Below, in pieces: positions 1-8,772 of a DNA stretch of 64,000 bases. The translations under genes were made by a program, and so were the position numbers. The notes below the pieces were generated by a model, which did no database searches, was not told where the DNA came from, and saw nothing but the letters and a program-made list of their open reading frames with translations. The stretch's first letter is position 1. Each line of letters begins with the position of its first letter. Source of the stretch: Verrucomicrobiaceae bacterium (GTDB taxonomy: Bacteria > Verrucomicrobiota > Verrucomicrobiia > Verrucomicrobiales > Akkermansiaceae); contig JBPOGH010000001.1 in the NCBI GenBank assembly GCA_051252135.1, positions 625,832 through 689,831 of the forward strand, read 5' to 3'.

Positions 1-161
1 CAAACAAAAATGCCAGCACGGGCCAAATGGGGAGACCAGAGTATTCATCCATGTCACATCATCTTATCCGACTAAACCCTTTAGTAAAATAAGATTTTAA
101 GATCCTTTAACCTTCTCGCGAGAAGGCCATTGGAATCCACCCCCCAACCAATCCCCTTTCT

Positions 162-1754
162 TTAGTTCCCCGTGAAATAATTGGGCGGCACGTGAACGAC
201 TGTGGTCGCCTGGATGTTGTGCCCGCCTCCACTGAAGAACGAACCGATCAAATAGCCGCCGTTCGAAACACTGAGGTTTCCCTCGGGCGTGAAAACCGCC
301 CCGAACCAGTTACATGAGGATCCTAGCGAAAAATCGCTGGTAGACTCCCAATAAACCCTCGCCGCAAGGAAGGGATCGACCGAAGCGTCGGTCATCGACA
401 CATAATTCGTTCCATTGGTCGAAACGAGGACGTTCAGGTCCCTACCGATGTCGATATCCCCCTCGACAAAGATCCGGATATCGTGAGTTCCGGAAAGGTC
501 CAGACGGAGCGTCATGTTTCCCCCCAATGAAAAGCTATCGAAGTAGTAATTCCCATGCCCTGTCGATCCGGCATTGAGAGTCAATTGGCTGTTTGATGCG
601 TTATTCACCGTCGAAAGATGGCCATGACCGCCAGGCGCCAGAGCCACCGATTGATTTTTTTTCACATTCACACTGGAACCGCCGGCCGTAAACTCGGTGG
701 CAGCCGGGAGATCCAGATTCTCAAGGTTTGTGAGGTCGGGGCACACCGGCGCTTTCACATAGGTGGGAGAATTCGGAACCACCGCCCCGGTGATCGAGCC
801 GTTACTGATGGTGCCACCGGCATAGGCGTTCCCATAGATTGTTCCACTGCCCATCACAATCGACCCTCCGGCGTAAACATTCCCGTAAATCTTGGTGGAA
901 CCGCTGAGATAGATATCACCGGTGGCCCGAACTTCGACTGGCTCGGCGGCCGTGCCAATGGACGCACTGCCGGAGAGAGATACGTTTCCATTACAGGCAT
1001 GGACATGGCCTGCAACTTGGGATTTTCCCTGCAAAAAAATGGAGCTTTGGGAAAAAAGCCAGCCTCCGAACACCGTACTCTGCGCACTTCCAAGCGTGAT
1101 GGTCCCGTTCGCATGAATATCGCCGGTTACGTGCCCGGTCTTGATGTCCACAAAACCCGACCCAAAGATGTCTCCAGTGACAGTTCCTTGGCCGGTGAAT
1201 TCAATATTCCGAGCCAGGACGTTTCCTTCCACATCTCCTTTGATGTCAACATCCGCGCCCGAGATCGCGACATCACCCCGGATGATGGTATTATTCCCGA
1301 GAGAAATCCCGACCTCACCGAAAATCGCAAATTGGTCCATGTTCTGCGCTTCAACCTCAGGGTCGACTCCGCACAGACTTAAAGGCATCGGGACGCGGGC
1401 CCGCGCTTCCTTCGGAGTGTCCTCATCCACAATGGATGTCGCCCAGAAGGTGTTGACGAGACGAACAACTTCCACTTTTTCCCCTCCATCGAGTCTCAAA
1501 GTGCGCTCCCGTCCGTGCCTCCAACCATCCTCGCAGTAAATGGTCTGGGCATAACGCAATCCTGATTCGGCCAGATAATAGGCCCGGGCGTTGGAGTTCG
1601 CACTGAGGTAGCTCTGCTCCGAACTCCGCGTTAAAGAGATGATTGATACCCCGATAACACCCATGATCAACATGACTGCGATCATGCTGACCAGAACCCC
1701 TCCCTTTCGGATGGATCGGAGGCTACGGATTGAGGGAGAACGTTCAGCAGTCAT
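162..1754 (-). CDS. PilX/GspK-like pilus-associated protein with beta-helix-like repeats; candidate tip adhesin
   Basis: N-terminus RKGG|VLVSMIAVMLIMG is a class III signal lacking Glu5, followed by ARAYYLAESG (PilX-N like). Many GxVxAxGxIxL repeats. Last gene of the pilus cluster. Confidence 0.7.
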   Translation of the reverse strand: MTAERSPSIRSLRSIRKGGVLVSMIAVMLIMGVIGVSIISLTRSSEQSYLSANSNARAYYLAESGLRYAQTIYCEDGWRHGRERTLRLDGGEKVEVVRLVNTFWATSIVDEDTPKEARARVPMPLSLCGVDPEVEAQNMDQFAIFGEVGISLGNNTIIRGDVAISGADVDIKGDVEGNVLARNIEFTGQGTVTGDIFGSGFVDIKTGHVTGDIHANGTITLGSAQSTVFGGWLFSQSSIFLQGKSQVAGHVHACNGNVSLSGSASIGTAAEPVEVRATGDIYLSGSTKIYGNVYAGGSIVMGSGTIYGNAYAGGTISNGSITGAVVPNSPTYVKAPVCPDLTNLENLDLPAATEFTAGGSSVNVKKNQSVALAPGGHGHLSTVNNASNSQLTLNAGSTGHGNYYFDSFSLGGNMTLRLDLSGTHDIRIFVEGDIDIGRDLNVLVSTNGTNYVSMTDASVDPFLAARVYWESTSDFSLGSSCNWFGAVFTPEGNLSVSNGGYLIGSFFSGGGHNIQATTVVHVPPNYFTGN

Positions 1755-1869
1755 AAAATAAGTTTATCGATTGGAAATCTTAAGGAAAAAACAGCCACAT
1801 AACACCACCAAATGACTGTGAATCAACCGCCTTCCGGATTGAGCAGAGGCGGATTTCAATGGCGATTCG

Positions 1870-2349
1870 TTACAAATCATATCGGGGATGAATGATCATG
1901 GTGTGTGCGAGGCTGTCACTTTTGCGCGTTTTTAGGGTGATCGTGATGGAACCGGCTGTCGAGGACACCGTGAAGAGGCTGACGTTATCCAGCAAAACCG
2001 CACCCTGATACTCCGTTGTGGAAAATTCGAGATCGGATCCGGAGGTGCCATCCCACGTGACGGACCCCAATTCGCCCAGGCGATCGGGATGACGGGACAC
2101 CCAATGGATCGTTCGACCGTTGGGGACCTCCACGGTGCCAACTCCTGCAAAAGTCAGCTCCTTGACCAGTCGATTCATCGCAATCTGAATTTTCTGCGAG
2201 TCCACCGCAGCATTCTTACTGTCAACGTATACCTTGGTGGAAGTTTCCAGCAACAGGGCGGCAAATACCAACACAATCCCGGACAGGATCATTGTGGCCA
2301 CCATCTCGATGAGGGTGAAGCCGGCTCGATTCCGGCAATGGATTTTCAT
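1870..2349 (-). CDS. Minor type IV pilin (prepilin-type N-terminal cleavage/methylation domain)
   Basis: RAG|FTLIEMVATMILSGIV motif. Start moved to ATG at 2349 (MKIHCRN), just after the stop of the upstream pilin. Confidence 0.85.
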   Translation of the reverse strand: MKIHCRNRAGFTLIEMVATMILSGIVLVFAALLLETSTKVYVDSKNAAVDSQKIQIAMNRLVKELTFAGVGTVEVPNGRTIHWVSRHPDRLGELGSVTWDGTSGSDLEFSTTEYQGAVLLDNVSLFTVSSTAGSITITLKTRKSDSLAHTMIIHPRYDL

Positions 2350-2359
2350 GACATTAAGG

Positions 2360-2803
2360 TTAGGGAATAGGGAAGAAATAGGCAGTGAGACGCTCCCCTT
2401 GGCTGTTGCCCAAGGTGACCCGCAAGCAATTATGGGTCCCTGAAGGAGGGGTGAATTCGTGCCCACCGGGGTTGAAATCGACCCAATCGTTGGAAATTAG
2501 AGTATAAGGCGGAGGTGGATCCGCTTCGGCGGCCTCCGCGAGCGCAACGGATAAGGCCGGAAGATCGGTCGGGTCGGTCGTGCGATAATAATGCCAAATT
2601 GCATCCATTTCCGTCCGCAGACTATGGGCTTCCGGCAATCTCATCTTGGCGCGCCTGCTCCCCTCAAGACCGGAACCGATCAGCGGGAGCATCAAAGCCA
2701 TCAGGACTGCGGATAACGTGAGCGTGGCAATCACCTCAATCAGAGTGAATCCGTATCGGCGGTGAAAGTGCGCTGGCTGGGTCATGTGAAATGTCGATTT
2801 CAT
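2360..2803 (-). CDS. Minor type IV pilin
   Basis: RRYG|FTLIEVIATLTLSAV motif; ATGA overlap with the upstream pilin gene. Confidence 0.85.
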   Translation of the reverse strand: MKSTFHMTQPAHFHRRYGFTLIEVIATLTLSAVLMALMLPLIGSGLEGSRRAKMRLPEAHSLRTEMDAIWHYYRTTDPTDLPALSVALAEAAEADPPPPYTLISNDWVDFNPGGHEFTPPSGTHNCLRVTLGNSQGERLTAYFFPIP

Positions 2804-3288
2804 TCGATCAATCCGGTTTCGGCTTGAATGGTGATAATTTGAGTGAGCCCTCCGCCGGTCAGGATGATCGTCTGGTCCGTGGTCCGGAGAGTGCCGAAAT
2901 CGGTCAACGGCCTCCCCCAGGAATCAAAACGAATGACAGTCCCGGAAGTCGTCGTAACACCCTCCGAAAGAACGCCTTCAGTTGAATCGGTTCCGGGAAT
3001 CGTTCCGGGAGTAAAACCACGGCCGGTAACCACCATGGGACCGATCTCGTAGGTTGTCGTGTCAGTGAAAATCACGCGCCATTGATAGGTATCGGACTGC
3101 GCCCGGAGTTGGGCGTAGCGCAAATGGGAGCTCAGTCGATCCGCCTCTTTTGTCAAATTGACCGTCGATCCGGGCAAAATGCTCATCACGATCGCTGCCA
3201 GAATCCCCATGAGAATGAGAACAGTCAGGATTTCAAACAAGGTAAAGCCTCTGTGGCGTTGGGCCGCAGGTGATTTCAAATAAGTCAT
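2800..3288 (-). CDS. Minor type IV pilin (FimT/GspH/MshC-like)
   Basis: RHRG|FTLFEILTVLILMGILA, LRYAQLRA helix, IRFDSWGRP and C-terminal IQAETGLI are typical of FimT/MshC-like pilins. Confidence 0.85.
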   Translation of the reverse strand: MTYLKSPAAQRHRGFTLFEILTVLILMGILAAIVMSILPGSTVNLTKEADRLSSHLRYAQLRAQSDTYQWRVIFTDTTTYEIGPMVVTGRGFTPGTIPGTDSTEGVLSEGVTTTSGTVIRFDSWGRPLTDFGTLRTTDQTIILTGGGLTQIITIQAETGLIE

Positions 3289-3310
3289 TTTACGGGATCC
3301 GTTCTGGGCG

Positions 3311-3350
3311 AAAAACTAAAAAGGCCGAGTTCACAGCAGTGAACTCGGCC
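3311..3350 (-). terminator. Intrinsic terminator downstream of the major pilin
   Basis: Perfect 12-bp stem GGCCGAGTTCAC (3323-3334) / GTGAACTCGGCC (3339-3350), 4-nt loop, followed on the minus strand by TTTTTAGTTTTT. Confidence 0.85.
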
Positions 3351-3385
3351 AATATTAGATTAGATTACCTAATCAGGGAAGGTCC

Positions 3386-3790
3386 TTATTTAGACCAACT
3401 TCCTGGTGAGGTAGCAGTCGATGCCGTGCGGGTCAAAGCCACACCGGTATCGCTCTGAAAGCTGATGGTAGCTCCAGATGCAGTTGCAGCAACCGTGTAG
3501 GAGTAATCGCTTCCAAGGGTCGTGTCCATTGCTGCGAAGGTCGTAGCATCGTCAGTCCAACCACCGGTAGCCAGTGATTCGTCGCCCCAAGTGAGAGCCT
3601 CACGGCCATTCAGCTCGGAAACAGCAGCATCGATGGCCCGTGCTTTGGCAGCAGTGGACATGTCAACATACTTAGGCACTGCGACAGCAGCGAGGATGCC
3701 GAGGAGAACGAGAACGGCGATGACCTCAATCAAGGTGAATCCATTCTTCTTCTTCTTGGCCTGGCTTGTTACTTTGGTGTTAGTTTTCAT
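3386..3790 (-). CDS. Probable major type IV pilin (MshA/PilA-like)
   Basis: KKKKNG|FTLIEVIAVLVLLGILAAVAVPKY; short protein with its own long upstream region and a terminator behind it. Confidence 0.88.
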   Translation of the reverse strand: MKTNTKVTSQAKKKKNGFTLIEVIAVLVLLGILAAVAVPKYVDMSTAAKARAIDAAVSELNGREALTWGDESLATGGWTDDATTFAAMDTTLGSDYSYTVAATASGATISFQSDTGVALTRTASTATSPGSWSK

Positions 3791-4073
3791 TTTGGGTGTT
3801 TTTGGTTTTTGGTTTTTTTTTCTGTTGCCTGAATCGGACGAGACATTGCTGCCGACTCCTTGGAGATTTTTCTTTTTAACTCAGCTTTTACTTTTTGGTT
3901 TGGCTTATTGTTTTGGGGCTCTGATTCCCGACTGCGCTTGATATTTAATTTAAAATACCTGTAACGTCAACATCGTTTTGAACTTTTTTTCAAAAAAATT
4001 GAACATGTTGTTACCGAAGGGGTCTGATGCTTCTCAAAAAAGTCGCTTTTACTACGCCGCTGTAGGTCTGCGG

Positions 4074-4578
4074 GCTACTCGTGGTGATAGGCTCTTACAC
4101 ATTCCACATCCCGATTTCTTCGGACGTTGGTGAGACCAAGGTTCAAATTCCTCATTGAGCCTTCCCCCGGGGACTCGCCCAGCATGCACTTTCCTCCCCT
4201 GCTCACTCGGGTTTGCAAGCACCCCACTCTTCGATTGGTTTTGAGCTGACCACTTTCCCATGAAAGGAGAATCAATCCAAACGCCCCGACTCTTCTTGGT
4301 TCGCTCAAACACTTTAGCTGCCGTGGTGGTGGCGGCTCACACATATTGCCCTTCGATCACCTCGGGCTTGGCGAGGAACCGATCTGAAATCTAATTGGCC
4401 CCGCTTGACGAATCGTGCCGAACACTAGGCCGAACTCCCTCCCCGCTCGCTCTCATTCAGATGAACCCGGTTTGTTAATTATATTGAGCTGATCACTTTC
4501 CCGCAAAAGGAAGGTCGCTTCAATGGCCTTCCTTTTCCAGGTTCGCCGAAACATGAACGCTACCGTAGTGGTAACACT
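4074..4578. repeat. Degenerate tandem duplication, period ~242-243 bp, in the pilT-pilin intergenic region
   Basis: TTGAGCTGAYCACTTTCCC at 4241 and 4484 (18/19 identical); GGTTCGC..AAACA at 4298 and 4540 (12/14); GCTRC(T)CGTRGTG at 4074, 4317 and 4559. Confidence 0.75.
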
Positions 4579-4580
4579 AC

Positions 4581-5732
4581 CTAAAACCCTGACTCATCAT
4601 CTTCGCTTTCCATCTTCTCGGGCTTGGCAACAGCCAAGCCGGGAACCGAAAAGGAAAAATTCGTGGCCTTGAGGTAGTCCTGCAGCATGGTTGGCCGATT
4701 GGCCTCACCCAAGGCGACTTCTTCAGTAATGAGGCCCTGACGGACTTTAGCTGCGAGAGAAAGCTCAAGTGGACACATGCCAACGTTGATCCCGCCAGTC
4801 AATGAGTTGTAAAGTTGGTGGGAATTCCCTTCCCGGATCATCGTCCTTACAGCCGGAGTCGCGAGCAAGATTTCGCGAGCGGCGACCCGTCCCGTCCCGG
4901 AGGCAAGTGGCAGAAGCACTTGGGTCACGATGCCCTGGAGGACCGAGGCAAGCTGAGCGCGCACCAAGGCTTGTTGCGAAGCGGGGAAGACGTCAATGAT
5001 GCGATCGACCGTCTGTGAAGTGTCACTGGTGTGCAAGGTGGAGAAGACGAGGTGTCCCGTCTCACTGGCTGTCAGGGCAAGATGGATGGTCTCCAGGTCA
5101 CGCATCTCACCCACTAGGATGACGTCCGGGTCATCACGGAGGGCGGACTTTAGCGCTGGACCAAAACCGTGCGTGTGCATGCCCAGTTCGCGCTGGGTAA
5201 TGCAGGATTCCTTTTCTTCATAAGTATACTCGATGGGATCCTCCACCGTCAGGATATGCTTCGGGCTGCGTTGGTTGATCAGGTCGATCAGGCAAGCCAT
5301 CGTCGTTGATTTACCAGTTCCCGTTGCTCCTGTAAAAAGAACCAGACCGCGTGGGACCTTGGAAAAGCGGTAGATCGATTCCTCCATGGTGAGCTGCTCA
5401 GGCGTTGGGATGACGCTGGAAATGATGCGGAAGACCGCGGCGAGGCCCCGTTGCTGTCGATGGATATTGACGCGGAAACGGGTGCGCCCACTGGGAAGGT
5501 CGAGGGAGTGGCTGATATCGATCTCGAGTTTATCTTCGAGCGCATCCATCTGTTTTTCATTCAGCATGCTGAAGATCACCTCCTCACACTCCGCGGGACT
5601 GAGAGGTTCATATTCTTTATTCAGGGCCCGAAGCGCTCCATCAACTCGAAATGCCGGGCTTCGCTCAGGGGCCAGGTGCACGTCGGAGACTCGTCGCTGG
5701 ACAGCCAGTTCCATTAATTCAGGTAAATTCAA
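4581..5732 (-). CDS. pilT: Type IV pilus retraction ATPase PilT
   Basis: Walker A GATGTGKST, TVEDPIE, ALRDDPDVILVGEMRD, STLHT and AVRTMIRE (AIRNLIRE-like); TTG start. Confidence 0.93.
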   Translation of the reverse strand: MNLPELMELAVQRRVSDVHLAPERSPAFRVDGALRALNKEYEPLSPAECEEVIFSMLNEKQMDALEDKLEIDISHSLDLPSGRTRFRVNIHRQQRGLAAVFRIISSVIPTPEQLTMEESIYRFSKVPRGLVLFTGATGTGKSTTMACLIDLINQRSPKHILTVEDPIEYTYEEKESCITQRELGMHTHGFGPALKSALRDDPDVILVGEMRDLETIHLALTASETGHLVFSTLHTSDTSQTVDRIIDVFPASQQALVRAQLASVLQGIVTQVLLPLASGTGRVAAREILLATPAVRTMIREGNSHQLYNSLTGGINVGMCPLELSLAAKVRQGLITEEVALGEANRPTMLQDYLKATNFSFSVPGLAVAKPEKMESEDDESGF

Positions 5733-5753
5733 GGTATCGGGAGGGGGTGTTTA

Positions 5754-6983
5754 CTATTTTTTAGTAGCCATCTGGGTCATGTCCCACATGGGCAAATAGA
5801 TGGCCAAAGCGAAGAAACCGACAACGGCAGTCAGGGAAACAATCAGAATGGGGCCGATCGCATCCGTCATCTTCTTGATGGTGTAGCTGATTTCCTGGTC
5901 GTAATGCTCGGAAACATGTCGAAGCATCTCGTCGAGACGACCGGATTCCTCACCGATCCTGACCATATTAACCAGCATGGGGGGAAAGTATCCGCATGAG
6001 CCAAGCGGACCGGAAATACCGTGGCCTTCTTCCATCAGCTCAGTGATTTCCTCGAATTCAGCAGCAATGGCGGCATTGCCGACGGTCGCTTCAAGGATTC
6101 TCAGGGATTCAAGAACAAGGACGCCGCTCGACTGAAGGAGGGAGAAAATGCTGGCAAAACGGGACATCGACGCCTTGATCACGACAGGCCCGATCAGCGG
6201 AATTTTTAGCAAAAAGCGATCACGGGCTAAAATGCCCTGCTCCGTCTTGTTAAAGTAGCGATGATACGACACCCCACCGATGATCACGGCTAAAAGCATA
6301 AAAATCCCGTAGCTCATGAGCATATCGCTCATCCACATGCAGAGACGTGTTGGCGCAGGCAGCTCAAGGGAGGCTCCAGCGAAGAAGGCCGCAAATCGAG
6401 GGATGACGAAGCCCACCATGACAAGGAAAGCCCCTCCGAGAACGACAACAACGATCTGCGGGTAGCGCATTGCGGATTTGATCTCCCCTTCCACCTTGGC
6501 CTCGTGCTCAATCAGGTAGAGCAATCTGTCAAGAACCTCTGGAAGCGTTCCGGCCGTCTCCCCTGCTTCGACCATGCTACTAAAGAGGGTCGAAAAAACA
6601 TCGTCGTGCTTCGCTGCAGCAGCAGAAAGGCTCATCCCGCCTTCAATGTCATCCTTGATGATGCCCGCGAGTCGACGAAGGCGCGGTTGTTCTGTCTGCT
6701 CTTTTAGGATTCCAAAAGCCTGCGTCATCGGGATGCCGACCCGAATCATGGTGACAAGTTGTTTCGTAAAGACGATCAGCTCTGTTGGAGGGACCTTGGC
6801 ATAGTGAGTCTTCCAGCGGGCTAAAATGCCGCCTTCGGCATTGTCTCCGGCAGCTTTGAGATCGATCGGGATGAGATCCGATTCGGCAAGACGGGTCAAC
6901 GCATCCTCAAATGTCTCGGCGGTGAGCGTTCCAATTTTTATTTTTCCCGCCGTATCAGATGCTTTGTAACTAAATTCAGCCAT
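5754..6983 (-). CDS. pilC: Type IV pilus inner-membrane platform protein PilC/MshG (T2SS F family)
   Basis: FTKQLVTMIRVGIP, MVEAGETAGTL, MVRIGEESGRLDEML and C-terminal ALAIYLPMW. Confidence 0.92.
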   Translation of the reverse strand: MAEFSYKASDTAGKIKIGTLTAETFEDALTRLAESDLIPIDLKAAGDNAEGGILARWKTHYAKVPPTELIVFTKQLVTMIRVGIPMTQAFGILKEQTEQPRLRRLAGIIKDDIEGGMSLSAAAAKHDDVFSTLFSSMVEAGETAGTLPEVLDRLLYLIEHEAKVEGEIKSAMRYPQIVVVVLGGAFLVMVGFVIPRFAAFFAGASLELPAPTRLCMWMSDMLMSYGIFMLLAVIIGGVSYHRYFNKTEQGILARDRFLLKIPLIGPVVIKASMSRFASIFSLLQSSGVLVLESLRILEATVGNAAIAAEFEEITELMEEGHGISGPLGSCGYFPPMLVNMVRIGEESGRLDEMLRHVSEHYDQEISYTIKKMTDAIGPILIVSLTAVVGFFALAIYLPMWDMTQMATKK

Positions 6984-7049
6984 GGTGACTACCTCTTTCA
7001 GCGTATAATCACCTGAACCCGAAGGAAAAGCTATCTGAATTATTAATTT

Positions 7050-8756
7050 TTATAAAACAACCTTCGCGGCGGCTTCTTCAAGGGTCGTAAGCCCCATCTG
7101 GGCCTTGATCGCGGCGTCATCACGCATGGTCGTAAAATTCCCTTCCGCCCGGGCTGCTGCAAGGAGTTCGCCTTCGGTGGCGCTTGCAGTGATCAGCTCT
7201 TGAATCTTTTCCCCAATGACCAGCACCTCATACACCCCGACACGGCCACGATAGCCCGTATCGCGACAACGGGAGCAACCTTTTGCTTTCAGAAACTTGG
7301 ATTCGGGATCGGGGCTCAGTCCCCAGAAGTTCATGACTTCGGGAGGAGGCGTCCAAGGCTCGGCGCAGACGTCGCAGACGCGGCGTAAGAGACGTTGCCC
7401 GATGACGCAGGCAATTGTTGAAGAGATCAGGAAGGGCTCGATGCCCATATCAACGAGACGGGCAACAGTGCCAATCGCCGTATTGGTGTGGATGGTGCTC
7501 AGCACGAGGTGGCCGGTCAAAGCAGCCTGGATCCCGATGAGGGCGGTCTCACCATCCCGGATCTCTCCGATCATGGCAATATCCGGGTCCTGACGCAGAA
7601 TGGCTTTGAGACTGCTGGCAAAGGACATTCCGGCCCGAATGTTGAGCTCGACCTGGCGGATGCGGGGAATCTGGTATTCGACAGGGTCCTCCACCGTGAT
7701 GATATTCACCTCCGGGCGATTGAGCATCCCGAGGACGGAATAAAGCGTTGTCGTTTTTCCGCTCCCGGTCGGGCCTGTATTGAGGATCATGCCGTGCGGC
7801 CGATGGATTGTCTCCTCAATCTTGCTGATGTCGCTCTCGCGCATGCCGAGCTGATCGAGCTTAAACACGAGCGAGTTCATGTCGAGAAGACGCATAACGA
7901 CGTTCTCGCCGTGGACGGTGGGCATCGCTGAAACCCGGACATTGATTTCCCGACCGCTGACTCTGGCACTGAATCTTCCATCCTGCGGGACGCGCGTCAC
8001 CGAGATATCCATCCGTCCAAGAATCTTCAAGCGGGAGACGATTGAATTCAGCAGCGACTTGGGAATCGACGGGAGGTCCTTTAGATTTCCATCGACCCGG
8101 AGCCGGACTTGGACATGAGTCTTCTCCGGGCAGACGTGTACGTCACTCGCCCCTTCTCGAACAGCACGCGTAATGATCCAATCGACAGTATGCACGGCGG
8201 TTGCGCCCTCCGCCATGTCCTTCAAGGCCTTTACTTGTGACGCTTCGCCTTCTTCGCTTTCCTCCTCGTCGTCCTTCTTCGAACCGTAATAAACCTCCTC
8301 AACATCTTCCAGTTGCGAGCCGACCCCGGAAGCAAGACCGTAGAGGCTGTTCATGAGCTCGTTGAACTCGGTCTCGGTGCAAATAACGGGCTCCAGCTCC
8401 ATCTTGATCTGGCGCTGCACCGTATCCATCTCCAGCACCTCGGTGGGATAGGGCATCGCGACGTGGAGCAAGCTTCCCTCGCGCCGCAGCGGAATCATGC
8501 GATGCTTACCGGCCATGGACGCGGGTATGATCTCCGTGAGTTCCGGAAACAGAGGATAACGCTCTGGTTCGTATTTTGGAATATGCAAGCGATTGCTAAG
8601 AACACTGACCATGTCAGTGTCCGCAACCATTCCTTCGCGAAGGATATACTCTTCTACCTTGAGACCCGGAGGTCTGGTGGTACTTTCCACCTTTTCAAAC
8701 TGCTCCTCGGTGAGGTAACCCTCCTCAAGAAGCATTTTTTCGAGCCTAATATTCAT
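7050..8756 (-). CDS. pilB: Type IV pilus assembly ATPase PilB/MshE (GspE/PulE family)
   Basis: ASDVH, RLRVDG, PQDGR, GPTGSGKTTT, LRQDPD, GHLVLSTIHTN, tetracysteine CxxC...CxxC and GYRGR. Confidence 0.93.
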   Translation of the reverse strand: MNIRLEKMLLEEGYLTEEQFEKVESTTRPPGLKVEEYILREGMVADTDMVSVLSNRLHIPKYEPERYPLFPELTEIIPASMAGKHRMIPLRREGSLLHVAMPYPTEVLEMDTVQRQIKMELEPVICTETEFNELMNSLYGLASGVGSQLEDVEEVYYGSKKDDEEESEEGEASQVKALKDMAEGATAVHTVDWIITRAVREGASDVHVCPEKTHVQVRLRVDGNLKDLPSIPKSLLNSIVSRLKILGRMDISVTRVPQDGRFSARVSGREINVRVSAMPTVHGENVVMRLLDMNSLVFKLDQLGMRESDISKIEETIHRPHGMILNTGPTGSGKTTTLYSVLGMLNRPEVNIITVEDPVEYQIPRIRQVELNIRAGMSFASSLKAILRQDPDIAMIGEIRDGETALIGIQAALTGHLVLSTIHTNTAIGTVARLVDMGIEPFLISSTIACVIGQRLLRRVCDVCAEPWTPPPEVMNFWGLSPDPESKFLKAKGCSRCRDTGYRGRVGVYEVLVIGEKIQELITASATEGELLAAARAEGNFTTMRDDAAIKAQMGLTTLEEAAAKVVL

Positions 8757-8772
8757 CGTTGGGAACCTCCGC

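Noticed and set aside
3386..3790. Possible electrically conductive (e-pilin) major pilin
   Set aside because: About 9 aromatic residues in ~117 mature residues with a long aromatic-free gap; not truncated like Geobacter PilA-N.
3791..4010. Poly-T/poly-A tracts upstream of the pilin as a phase-variation switch; sigma54 promoter
   Set aside because: Runs are at most 9 nt in an AT-rich leader with no evidence of variation; no TGGCAC-N5-TTGC match seen.
4052..4344. 86- and 89-aa ORFs in the pilT-pilin gap
   Set aside because: No recognisable motifs, and the second repeat unit has no equivalent ORF; treated as non-coding.
4074..4580. CRISPR array or known c-di-GMP riboswitch
   Set aside because: Units are long and degenerate with no repeat-spacer pattern or cas genes; I could not match GEMM consensus features by eye.
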